From contig CDMY01000656.1 in NCBI GenBank assembly GCA_001179505.1, positions 124,001 to 188,000 on the forward strand: a stretch of 64,000 nt of DNA, written 5' to 3'. Within the stretch, counting starts at the first letter, position 1; every line of letters starts with the position of its first letter. A model generated the notes under the pieces. That model saw only the letters and a list, made by a program, of their open reading frames with translations. It was not told the DNA's origin and ran no database searches. The position numbers were made by a program, and so were the translations under genes. This DNA comes from Vitrella brassicaformis CCMP3155. Its lineage: Eukaryota > Protista > Chromerida. This document shows positions 1 to 11,438 of the stretch, piece after piece.

Positions 1-1754
1 GCTCTCACACACCGCATGGCGGGTCCGCCTCTCACCGCCGCCGCCACCGTCCTTGCTGCTGCTCGACCCTCCCCCTCCCCCACTTGAAGCCGCAGCAGCC
101 GCAGCAGCGGCAGCAGCTGGGGCACTCGCGCTGGCACTAGCACTCGCTGGGCCGGGGCCGTTGTCGTCATGGGTGTGGTGGTTGCTGTCTTGCGGCGGGA
201 GTGGGACGAAGAAGTAGGTGAGCAGTCGGCAGATGTCGGTCAGGCGGTCCTCCTCGCAATCCCAACGCACCTGCACGACATGACAACCAGATAGACAGAC
301 AGACGGAGGGCTGAGAGAGAGAGTGTGTGTGTGTCGGTGAGTGTCATGATGTTGGCTGCTGCCCACCTGTACAGCCAGGCGGAGTACCCACAGAGGGAGG
401 CCGTCGAAACCGGGGAAATACCTGGCGGCACAGAAAGAACCACCGTCACATCAGACGCCGGCGCTTGTGTGTGGCTGGTCACTTACTGTCTGAGGCACTG
501 TGGGAACTGGCGCAGGTGACCATCCTGACACCATACGCACACACACGGGCACATGACACCGTGGTGTGATATTCATTGTCTGTCTGTCTGTCTGTCCGTG
601 CCCAAAGTACCCGTATGTCGATGGCGAAGTAGTCCCGCAGCCACCGAGAGTGACGCTCGAGCCGCGACGCACATTCAACCTTCTTCGCACTTAACCACAG
701 ACCACACCACAGACACACCACAGACACATGATCTAATGGACAAGATGTGTGTGTGTGTGTGTACTTGATTCGTTCCTCATCCTGCTGCTGTGCGGCGTCT
801 TGCCCGTTGTCCTGTGCTGCCTTCTTGATCCCAGCCATAGGGTCGTGCAGGCCGAAGTGCAGGAGGTCACTGACTGGCAGGGGCGGGTCGATCTTGACAG
901 CCGGGAAGCGGCCGATGCGATGCAATATGGACTGATACACACACTCTGCACATTACATACACATACCCACACAGACACAGACCAGCACGAGAGTTGTCTC
1001 CAGGCCATGCCTCAGATATCTGTCCATCCCCAGCCCCACCAATGATCGGTGTAGTGTGGTGTACCTCTGGTGAGTACGAGGAGGTTGACGAGGTACAGGC
1101 AGCTACGGTACTGCAGCAGCGCCATCTGCCGGTTGACGCTCCCCACCCACACCGATTGCGTCACCACCTCACTCAGCCGACGGCCCTCCGACCCACTGCA
1201 CGCCGCCTCTACCGCTCCCACGAGCTTCGACAGCCCCGGAGGAGCGGGGGGCGGTGGGGCCGGAGGAGTGGTGCTGCTACACACATGCTCTGACAACTGA
1301 ATGAACACCAGAAGCACAGCACACACACGAAGGGAAGGAGACGGCGTGTCTGTCTGGCTGCGTACGTGTCGCCTCTCTCTGCATTGTCTCTTTGAGTTCA
1401 GTCACCTCACCGGTCTCATCCTGAGTTCAGCGGGTCTCGGCAGCGGCTGCCCCACTCCGATGCCCCCGCCCTCCCTCATGGCCACAAACGCCCTCAGTGA
1501 CGACTGCTTGGGGTCGGTGCGCACCCTGGCCGCCTTGGGACCGGACTTCTTCTTGCGCTGTGGCTGCTGCTTGGCCTGCTGCTGGGGCTCCTCGTTGTCG
1601 GCCTCCTCGCCGTTGTTGTCGCCATCGTCTTCGGCGAGGAAGTCGATGGGCGGCGACCGCTCCCGCTTCCGTTGGGGGGGCCGCGGCAGCAGGGTGGTTT
1701 GGCGGAGGTCGAAAGTGCGCGACTTGGGGTATGACTCGAGGGACGACTGACACA

Positions 1755-1792
<38 letters not shown>

Positions 1793-3064
1793 ATGGCAAT
1801 GGTCGATGTGTGTGTGTCTGTGTGTGTTGGATGCAGGTAAGGTACCTGTAGGGTTTTGATGACGTGTGAGATGATGTCGTCTTGGTAGAGGAACTTGACC
1901 TCCCGCTTGGTGGGGTGCACGTTGACGTCCAGCGTCGTGGCCGGCAGCTCCAGCGACAGATACACCCACGGCTTGGACCCGCGCGGCAGCAGAGGCTCAT
2001 ACAGGTTGTTGATAGACTGCCTGCACAGGCACACACAGACATATATACGATGAAGGGGGACAAGCAGTAAGGTCTGGTCTGCTGGCCTATGTCTGACTCT
2101 CTCACTTGAGTGGCTGGCAGTCGACGGATCGGTTGTTGATGAAGAGGAAGAAGCCGCCCTTCTTGGGCGCATAGTTGGCGTGGTTGGCCAGCCCTCTCCC
2201 CTTCACAGCACACCGGCCCCCACCACCACCACCACCACCACCATTGCCACTACCACCGCCACTACTGCCGCCCCGCCCTCCACCCTGTTGCTGCTGCTGC
2301 TGGGAGCTGTCGAAGGTCACGTCCATGAGCTCTCTCGCCAGGCTGGTGCCCATGAGCATCGACACCACGTCGCGAGGGCCCGTGTTGTCCCCGCCAGCCG
2401 TGCTCAGGTCGGCCGCATTGCCGCCATGCTTCTTGACGGTGAAGGCCACACACGAGTGGTGGATGGCGAACTTCTGCACCACGTCCAGGATGAATTTGGT
2501 CTCCTCGCCGGGCGATGACAGCGCCTGCCTGCGGGCCGGCATGTTGTAGAAGAGGTCTTCGTATGCGATGGTCGTGCCCTGGGTGCCCGCACAGGCGCGG
2601 GGCGGCTTGTTGTCCGCCAGCTTGCCGTCGACGTAGGAGGCCGTGTAAGCACAGGGGGATGTCGCCACCTTGCTCGTGATGGTCACGTGCGCCACGTGGC
2701 TCAGCGACGCGAGCGCCTCGCCGCGGAAGCCGAAGGTCGCCACCGTGCGCAAGTCACCGATTGCCGAGATCTTGGAGGTGGTGAACCGCTCGCAAACAAT
2801 GGGCAGGTCGTCAGGTTGAATGCCGCTGCCGTCGTCGGTGATCTGAGCGCCCTTGATGCCGCCCTGCTTGAGGTAGATCTGGATGGAGGTGCTCTTGGCG
2901 TCGAGGCTGTTCTCGATGAGCTCCTTGAGGGCTGCGGCGGGACGCACCACCACCTCGCCGGCAGCTATGCGGTTGACGACGCACTCGGGCAGCCGATGAA
3001 TGCTCGCGGCGCCGCCCGATGAAGCGGCGGAAGATGACGCTGCTGCCGCTGCTGCTGCCGCCAT
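1..3064 (-). CDS. MLH1: DNA mismatch repair protein MLH1 (MutL homolog); spliced, 3' end runs off the window
   Basis: ORF 2102..3100: [47 protein letters not shown] and [11 protein letters not shown] are MutL GHKL ATPase motifs. Downstream exons give [25 protein letters not shown] and [20 protein letters not shown] (MLH1 C-terminal region). ATG at 3064. Confidence 0.95.
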
Positions 3065-3365
3065 AGCAGAGGAATGCAATGGAATCCTCTCCTCAATCAA
3101 CCAAGGAGAAAAAGCAGCGGTCTCAGAGGTGCGAGCTCAAAGTGGACATCCTCGCGGAGGATGATCCTCCCGCACGCAGATACGTGCTCTGTGCGCAGCC
3201 GGCAATCGCATTCGTTGACTGACCCATTTCGAAGACAGATCTGCCCCATTCCAACGGTCAGCCGTTGGGAGTAAGGAGGTGGCCAAATCACAAGGAGCGG
3301 GAGGGCCTCTGGGAAAAGATGCACTTCAACACACGTACCACGATTCTGCTGTCATTGGTGCGGTC

Positions 3366-3541
3366 ATGGCTGCTACCGAATTGTATTTGATGCGCCCCAC
3401 ACTGGGCAGCACATCTCTGCTGCTGGGGCTCCTCGTGGTTGCGGCCCTCACAAGTGAAGACACACACACACACACACACAGAGAGAGAGAGGCAGCAGCC
3501 ACACAACACTAGATGGGAGAAAAAAGGGCGGGCAACTGTAC

Positions 3542-3572
<31 letters not shown>

Positions 3573-6500
3573 CAGCTGTGAGTGTCGGCCATGAGGGGGA
3601 TCATGGCGAGGAGCAGACGAAAGGCAAAGAGGATGACGGCGGAATAAGCCACAGTGGTACACATCTGAAAGGGAGGGAGAGAGGGAAGACACACACACAC
3701 ACACCCAGACTGCACAGCAAGACACATCGCCCGCCCTCGTGTGTGTGCACTGCAGCGATGGGTCACACCCGAGCCGAGCTGACAAAGGCAGTGGACCTCA
3801 ACCCAGACAAACACATCTATGAGGTGGGGCGAGGGCTCAGCAACACTGCCTGCCACTCGTGTGTGATTGTGATGCCTTCTGCGCGTGTGTGCGTCAGGTG
3901 AATCTGACGGCGTCCGTGATAGAGTGGGACTATGGGACGGACAGCAACATCACCGCATGGGCATACAACGGACAGGTGATGGTGATGACAGAGAGCGATG
4001 GATGCCCCAGCCGACACACAGACCTGCAGTGTGCTCTCTCTCTCTCTCTTTTGTTGGTCATCAATCAGGTGCCAGGGCCGTTGCTGGAGGCCTCCCTTGG
4101 GGACAGGGTGATCGTTCACTTCCACAACGGCCTGCCTGAGCCGTCGATGATCCACTGGCACGGCCTGGAGGTGCCCGCCAACATGGACGGCAGCCAACGG
4201 GCACAGAAGGAGGTGCCCCCGGGGGGGTACTTCAGGTATGACTTCACCCTCACGCCGTCCATCTACCACTCGTCCTCGGGGCTGCTGGCCTTCTACCACT
4301 CACACTTCAACACACATCAGCAGATTGAGAAGGTGAGTGACTACGACGGGAGGGACGGCGTGGCGTGAAGGTGCGGACATTTGTAGGGGTGCGTGTTGTT
4401 GTGTTGTCCTTCTGTCTGTCTGTCAGGGGCTGCATGGCGCGTTCATCGTCCGTGACCCACAAGAGGAGGCCCTGCTCGGTCTCGACAGTCAGCAGTATGA
4501 CGAGCAGGTGCTCGTCCTCGATGACATACTGCTGGTACCCTCGCACAACACAACACAGCAGGGGTTTGCGGCCCTGCCCTTCCCACCGTGTGCTCCTTTC
4601 TCTCTGTTGCACCCACTGCACAGAACGAGACATCAGGCCGGCTGCACTCGTTCACACCGTACACCGACGACCCCCACAAGACACTGGAGGAGCTGCACAA
4701 CGGGCGGGAAGGCAACTTCCTGCTCGTCAACGGCAGGAGCGCCAAGAGCGGCCTGGGGCGGATGGTCAAGAAGGGCCGCGTGCAGCGGCTGCGCATCCTG
4801 AATGCGGCCAACGCGCGGTTCATGCGGCTGAGCCTGGAGGGAGGGGGGAGTGGGGGTGGGGGCCAGCTATGGCAGGTGGGATCCGACGGGGGGCTGATGG
4901 AGGCACCCATACACATCATGCGGGATGAAGACATGCACATGGACATGGACACCAGGGAGTGGACGCACCACGGGCCAATCCTCCTTACACCAGGTGCGAT
5001 GGATGGATGGATGGTCTGCATCTCATCTCACGGCGTGCGTGTCAACAAACATTTGCACGTCTCTGCATGGCATGTGAGTGAGTGTGTGTGCAGGTGAGCG
5101 TGTGGATTTGCTGTGGAACCCTCCTGCCGAGTGCGACACCGACTGCCCCCGGCTCGTGTGGCACGACATGACACGAGGGAGGATCAAAGCAGCACTCTCA
5201 ATCAACGGCACCGAACACGACAATGATCAAGAGCATGGCCATGATGACGGCAAGATGGCCCACAGCCACAGGAGGTTGAACCTCCTTCGCGGCGGCACCA
5301 GTCGCCTGCTGCAAGAAGATGATGAAGAGGACGAGCAGGACTGCATGATGGACGGCATGAGCGATGGTGAAAGAGATGATGAGATGGCTGGTGCAGCCAG
5401 CGACCACGTCCATCATGGCGGAATGGGACGAGGGAGAGGCCTGCACATGGGGCATATGGGCCAGATGGGGATGGGCGGAGGTGGCCACATGGGCCACATG
5501 GGAGGGATGGGCGGCCACCACGACGAAGACGACGAAGCGGAGGGCACAGATGATCACATCCATCATCACGGCGGCATGGGCGGCATGGGGCTCGGCCATA
5601 TGGGGAGGAGAGGAGGGCACGGCGGACACATGGGCGGCGGCGGCGGGATGGGCGGCCATGGGCCTGGTCACGGTCACGACGGCAGCACCGGTGATGATGA
5701 GGACGACGGCGGCCACCACATGGGCCCCGGGATGGGCGGCGGCAAGGGATGCAAATGCCCTCACTGCCGACACGGCCCCTCACACGACCATGGTGGCAGC
5801 CCGCATGGCGGACATGGCGGCCACGGGGGTCATGGGATGGCGCCCGACCCCCATGACGGGCACAAGGCCGACGAATCGCTGATGACCTTTCATGTGGAGG
5901 ATGGAGGGACGGGGAAGAGTTCTCGGCTGCTAGCTGCTGGCAGGAAGGCGTTTTCGCCTCCCGCCCGGCTTGTGGAGATACCGCAGCTGGAGATGGACAC
6001 AGACACGCCGATGCTTCACGTGAGCCACAGACGGGACGGCCGGAGAGGCTGTGTGGTGCACTGTGGGGGCTGTGCTGTGTTGTGGTGCAGGTGGAGTATG
6101 GGCACTCGATGCCTGAGGGCGAGACGGGTCAGCTGTCCTTCTGGATGATGTCCAGCGCCGAGGGCGAGCCGCTGCCCAACATGATGCTGACGGCGAGGCA
6201 GGCGCCCCACTTCTACGTCAACGACACCGTCATGATACACGTCAACAACCCCATGATGGCGTGGCACAACTTCCACATACATGTACGCGACGCGCGGACA
6301 CAGATGAGACACAGCCGCCATACCACACACACACACACACACACGCTCCTCTCCTTTTTGCAGGGCTTCAAGTTTCAGGTCATTGAGGTAGCCCAGTCAA
6401 ATAGCTCTCACGGCCATGCGCACACCCACGCCACTGCCGACAACCACACCCACACCCCCGTCATGCACCACATGCCGCCGCCATCCGAGCAGCCACGGCA

Positions 6501-6954
6501 TTGGAAGGACACAGTGGCAGTGCCGCCCAGCTCATCTGTCAAGGCCCTGGTGCACTTCACTGACGAGGGCCGTGCGGGGAAGGTGTCGGCGTTCGGGGCA
6601 AAGAGCGAGGGCGAGAGGAGTGGGGGGTGGCTCTTCCACTGCCATATGCTGGTGAGCACGTGTAGCAAAGATGGCATGGCGAGATGCCTGATGTGTTGTC
6701 AATATGTGTGTGTGTGTGTGTGTGTGGGTGTGTGTGTGGGTGTGTGTGTGGGTGGGTGTGTGTGTGTGCAGGAGCATGCGGCAGCAGGCATGTCTGCTTT
6801 TTTCCAGCTGACAGAAAGGGACAATGGCGATGGCGAGGAGGGGGGAGAGGGGAAAGGGGCGGACGACGGCGGCCACCCTCACGACATGATGGGAGGCATG
6901 GATCACGACGGCCACCCTGGGGGCCACCACCACCACATGGATATGGGCCTGTAG
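3366..6954 (+). CDS. Secreted three-domain multicopper oxidase (CueO/laccase-like) with long His/Met/Gly-rich insertion; about 10 exons
   Basis: All four Cu-binding motifs are present after splicing: IHWHG (~4150), FYHSH (~4295), HNFHIH|G (6265-6366) and HCHML|EHAAAGM (6638-6792). WAYNGQ|VPGPLL and LRILNAANAR are MCO hallmarks. Hydrophobic N-terminus [29 protein letters not shown]. Confidence 0.92.
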
Positions 6955-8054
6955 ATAGATGTGTGCGTATGTGTCTGTACGCACCGACACCTCACCCTCT
7001 GTCAATACCATCGACCTGATACCTGACTTGTCCGTCCTCGCTCAGCGGGGCGTTAGCTGTAGCTCTAGAGGGGTGATACTGTATGTGTGATGCGCGCATC
7101 TGGGGCTTGTGCGCACGCATTTTTGTAGTGAGTCCGCAGGGCAGACGCGGGAAAGTGTTTTGGTGCATAGCCTCCATTCATGTGTTCAACCGTATGGCTG
7201 CATGGATGGATGCGCTGCACACACACGAGGGTGCATGCCATGCCATGCCGGCTCTGAAGGGGCTGAGAGAGAGGCGGTGTGCCCTGTTTGTTGGTCTGTG
7301 TGCACACGTGTGTGTGTTTGGTGGGCTGACCGACTGCATGTCTCTGTGCACGTCCGTGTGTGGGATTGATTAGTGGCTGAGGCGGTGTGTCAGGCGCGGT
7401 GCGAGCAAAGCTCCAAAATGGCCGGCCGGCCGGCCGGCTGCACTTGATTCATGGTGTACACAACGTTCCAGGTGATTTAATCAGAAGAGGAGACACGAGC
7501 TCGTGTGTTCGTCATGTCATTCATGTGCTTTGTGTCTTGTGTTTCTGCAGACAGGCAAGGCAGCACACACGAGCGGCTGTGGACGTCTACGACGAACAGC
7601 CTAGCCTCTTTAGGTAGAGCGACTCGGCTGCGTTCCATTTGTGTGCACATGCACCTCTTTATTTCATTTAATTAGTCAGGACTAATTGCAGGTATGAAAT
7701 CCCATACACACGCAGTCACACACACACACACTCACTCACTCCGGGAGTCAGAATGCCATCCATCCATCCATCGATCGACTGTAATCGACAGACAAAAGGG
7801 GAAAGCACCGCACACGCACGTACGCCTCGTTGTCCGTCGACTGACTGCACAGCTAGACTTGGTTGCTATTAGCGAGGGGCTGAAAAACGCCCTCTGGCTC
7901 ACGCATCGATCGCATCGACCACTGCTCTGCTGCTACTGCTACTGCTGCCGATCGATCTGATCTACCCTTGTAGCCAGCTAGCTAGACACCCCAGCCCTCC
8001 CTCCACCTACACAGCGACACCCACCCATCCCCCTCTTGGCTCGGCTCGGCTCAT

Positions 8055-9374
8055 CTATTTGAATGCCTCCCTGACGAGTTCCTTCTGCTTCTTGGTGAGT
8101 TTGTCGGGGAACTTGATGTGAAAGGTGATGAGCAGGTCGCCGAATGAGCCCTCCTTGCCGCCCCGCACGGGCATGCCCTTGCCCTTGACCGTCATGGTCT
8201 CGCCGTGGTCCGTCACGTCGTCCTTCTTGAGCGGGAAATCCTTGCCGTCCAGGTGCCGGAACTGAGTCTCGAAGCCCACCAGGGCGTCGAGCAACGGAAT
8301 CTCCACCGTCGTCAGCAAGTCGTTGCCGCGACGCACAAACCTGACAGACAGGCCAACGGACAAAAGAGAGACGGAGAGAGAGTGATGGAATTATGTGTGT
8401 GTGTTGGTGTGTGTACCTGTCGTGCTGTGTTTCGGTAACGACAAAGTTGAGGTCTCCCGGCTCGTATCCGACTTTGTGGTCGGCGACGCCCTCGAAGGTG
8501 ATGGTGTCGCCGCTGGTCATGCCGGCCTCGACATAGGCGGTGAGGAGCACGGGCTCCTCCTCAGTCTGGCCCTTGGGACAGGCCTTGCACTTTTTCTTCC
8601 ATGCCTTGCCCGGCCCCACACAGCTGTCGTCCTGCATCTGGTTCTGCACAATGAAGCCCGGCCCCATCTGCTGCGTCACCACCCGCAGTCCCGCCCCCTG
8701 GCAGTCGCGCCGGTCCACCGTGCACTCGTCCACGTTGACACACAGCACCTGCCGACGATAGGTGACGTGGAAGAGCTCCCCGAAGTAGAGCTGCTCCAAG
8801 GTCACACGCAACTTCATGTCCAGATTAGGCGTCTTCTCCTTCTCGCCCCTACATAAACAGAGAGGACGGTTGGTGTGATGATTGATCTGGTCTCTGTGTC
8901 TGAGGGTACCTGCCCTTCCGTCTCCTGCCGCCGCCGAAGCCGAAAGCAGAGAAGATGTCAAAAGGGTCCATGTGGCCTGACACATACACCAACACCACAC
9001 ACATGGGCTGCACTGCACTGCCTTGGACTGCCCTCGCTAAGCCACTCACTCTCTTGGTGCTGCTGCTTGAGTCCCTCCTCCCCGTGGTTGTCGTAGATGC
9101 TGCGCTTCTCATCGTCCGACAGTATCTCGTAGGCCTCGGCGATCTCTGCGAACTTCTTGCTGGCCTCCTTCTCGGGGTTCTTGTCGGGATGGTACTTCAT
9201 CGACAGCTTCCGATACGCCTTCTTGATCTCGCTGGCGCTGCTCTCCTTCTTGACGCCGAGGATCTTGTAAAAGTCGCGGCCGCACTGGCTGAGCGTGGCG
9301 GACAGCAGCACGATCAGCGGCAGCAGGAGGGAGACGAGCCATGGTGGACAGGCTATAGATCTCGACGGAAACAT
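8055..9374 (-). CDS. DNAJB11: ER-luminal Hsp40 co-chaperone, ERdj3/DNAJB11-like; spliced
   Basis: Signal peptide followed by [10 protein letters not shown]...[16 protein letters not shown] (J domain, HPD intact), [11 protein letters not shown], a Cys-rich insert with [33 protein letters not shown], and DnaJ C-terminus RRGNDL...GKGMP...[12 protein letters not shown]. Confidence 0.88.
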
Positions 9375-9873
9375 CTTCCGTAGGCTACTGCAGAGGCTGC
9401 CAGCTGCGATATATTGCGACCCTTCTCCACGTCACTTACAAGCTCGCATGTGGAGAGGAACGAAGAAAAAGGAGCAGAGAGTTCATCATATCCCAGCATA
9501 ATATTATGTCATTCAGAGATGAGTCATTCATTCTGTCACGGTTTGCTTTCCATGGACAAGTCGGCCCGGATATATATCCCACATACACCCCCTGCAATGT
9601 GACACCCACACAAGGCAAGGCAGCCAGCCATATTGATTGACTGACTGACACAGGCCGAAACGGAAAGACGGCGCCGCAGCCAAACACACGGACGGGAAGG
9701 CAATGAGTGTACCCATATACACAGCCAGTCAGTCAGCCAGCCAGCCAGCCATCCTCTCTCCCTCCAACCAGCACCGTCGCTACACCGCGTAACCTGACAC
9801 GCAAAACCCGAGAAAACAATCGGTGCGAGAACTTTTGTTCAGTGATTGCTGGGTGCCTTGCTCCCTCACCCAT

Positions 9874-11258
9874 CTATCGGTCGAAGATGCTCCGCGCAAC
9901 AGCGGTCCCCAGCGGCACACGGGCCAGTCGGTGGTCACTGGATGGCGGTCCTTGAACGCCTCACCCGCACCAGCCACGGGCGGCTCAGTCGTGTAGACAG
10001 TGACGCCCACTGCACTCACACAAACGAAAAACAAGGGTGTGAGTGCTCCGTTTTGGGCTGTGCTGTCCAGTGCCATGCCTACCAGGGTCATCGACCATCG
10101 GCAGCTCCACAAGTCGGATCCACGCGACGAAGGCATGGCTGGCGTCCGTCAACACGAGCCGACGGTACCAGTTGACATCGTCGTTGGAGGCGTTGAGGAA
10201 GGCGGTGGTGCTGCTGCATCCCGCCACTGGTGCGTGGGGGGACTGCGTCATCAGGTTGTGCAGCCGATGGTTCTCCACATGCCTGACCACAACACCAGAG
10301 CCCGGCCCGCAGACACGGCATCACCGAGCGACACACGGTAATTAGGCTGAGGGCCCCATTCACCTTTCTATAATGTTTCTCGTTCTGTTGATTTGAGGAT
10401 TGTACTCAAATTTGGAAACCACACGATCAGGACGATGTCCGTGACGGACGACGACAGAGATGAGATGCCGCAACCATGCATCTCCACCCAGCGGTACCCC
10501 GGCCGATAAGTCATATTGATCATGGCCGGCGGATCATCCTGCTGCTGGTGTGGGTTGTACCGAAGGGGCGGGTCGACGACCATCGACTCCCGGAACCACT
10601 CGAGGGTCTTGCCGCCGACGTTGATGTGGCGGCCTACGATCTTGTGGTGGGCCAAAACACGCGCATCCGCCAGAAACGCCTGCAGACACACCGGCCAGAA
10701 GAGGAAAAGGAGTTCAACGGTCATTCATCCTGCCTCCGTTCTTACCGTTTTGTTTGCGTACTGGTGGACGTCAGCAGCCGTGACGGTGAGGGGCAGCTGG
10801 CAACACCCACACTGCCCCGCCAGCTCAATCGCCCTACCCATCTTGCCCCAGCCCCCCGCATCCACCACACACATGGCCGCCAGCAGGTCCGCCACACCCA
10901 TTTCCTGCTCATCGAACCGCAGAAACTCCACCGTTGTCTGCCCATTGACTACGCGCCGCAGCCCCGCCTGTGTGCTGAGGGCGTAGCTGAGCCGCTGCCG
11001 CAGCTGGGCCGCCTTGAAGAGTGCTCTGAGCCATCTGGATGTGCTTCTGAGGCGCATGATGTCGTCAAGGCTGAGCAGGAAGAAGCTGCGCCTCCCGACG
11101 CAGAGGTATGTCACGGGATTCTGCTGCTCCTCCTGCTCCTGTTGCTGCTGCTGTTGTTGCTGTGGCTGCTGTTGCTGTTGCTGCTGTTGGTGTGGTTGAG
11201 GGTTCTTGGGGCGCCACACCAGCCGCCGCCGGTTCTTGTGCGTGTGATGATGCTGCAT
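9874..11258 (-). CDS. Lineage-expanded hypothetical protein family member (F-box-like N-terminal segment, polyQ); possible frameshift near 3' end
   Basis: ORFs 10725..11258, 10368..10724 and 9985..10290 splice into one protein (FFLLSLDDIMRLRSTSRWLRALF...GGWGKMGRAIELAGQCGCCQLPLTVTAADV...IVGRHI...YTTEPPVAG). It is clearly homologous to the gene at 49187..51163. Confidence 0.7.
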
Positions 11259-11438
11259 CGCGACTTACTGAGACGAACCTCGATGAACCCAATGAGGCAT
11301 CGGGCCGATGCGATACTTCTACGAGGCGGCAGCTTTTGCGAAGGCAATCCACTCGAAAGCTCGCATAATGCGGAGAAGGGAAAGGACGAAGGAGGAGGGG
11401 CTGTTGGTAGGCAGTTCACTTTTGAGTAAGTTTGTGCG

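Noticed and set aside
5198-5783. Antisense and alternate-frame ORFs of 170-190 aa over the His-rich region
   Set aside because: Shadow ORFs of GC-rich low-complexity coding sequence; the plus frame carries the MCO.
10476-11429. 317-aa plus-strand ORF with poly-Leu
   Set aside because: Antisense to the polyQ-containing minus-strand gene that has an in-window paralog.
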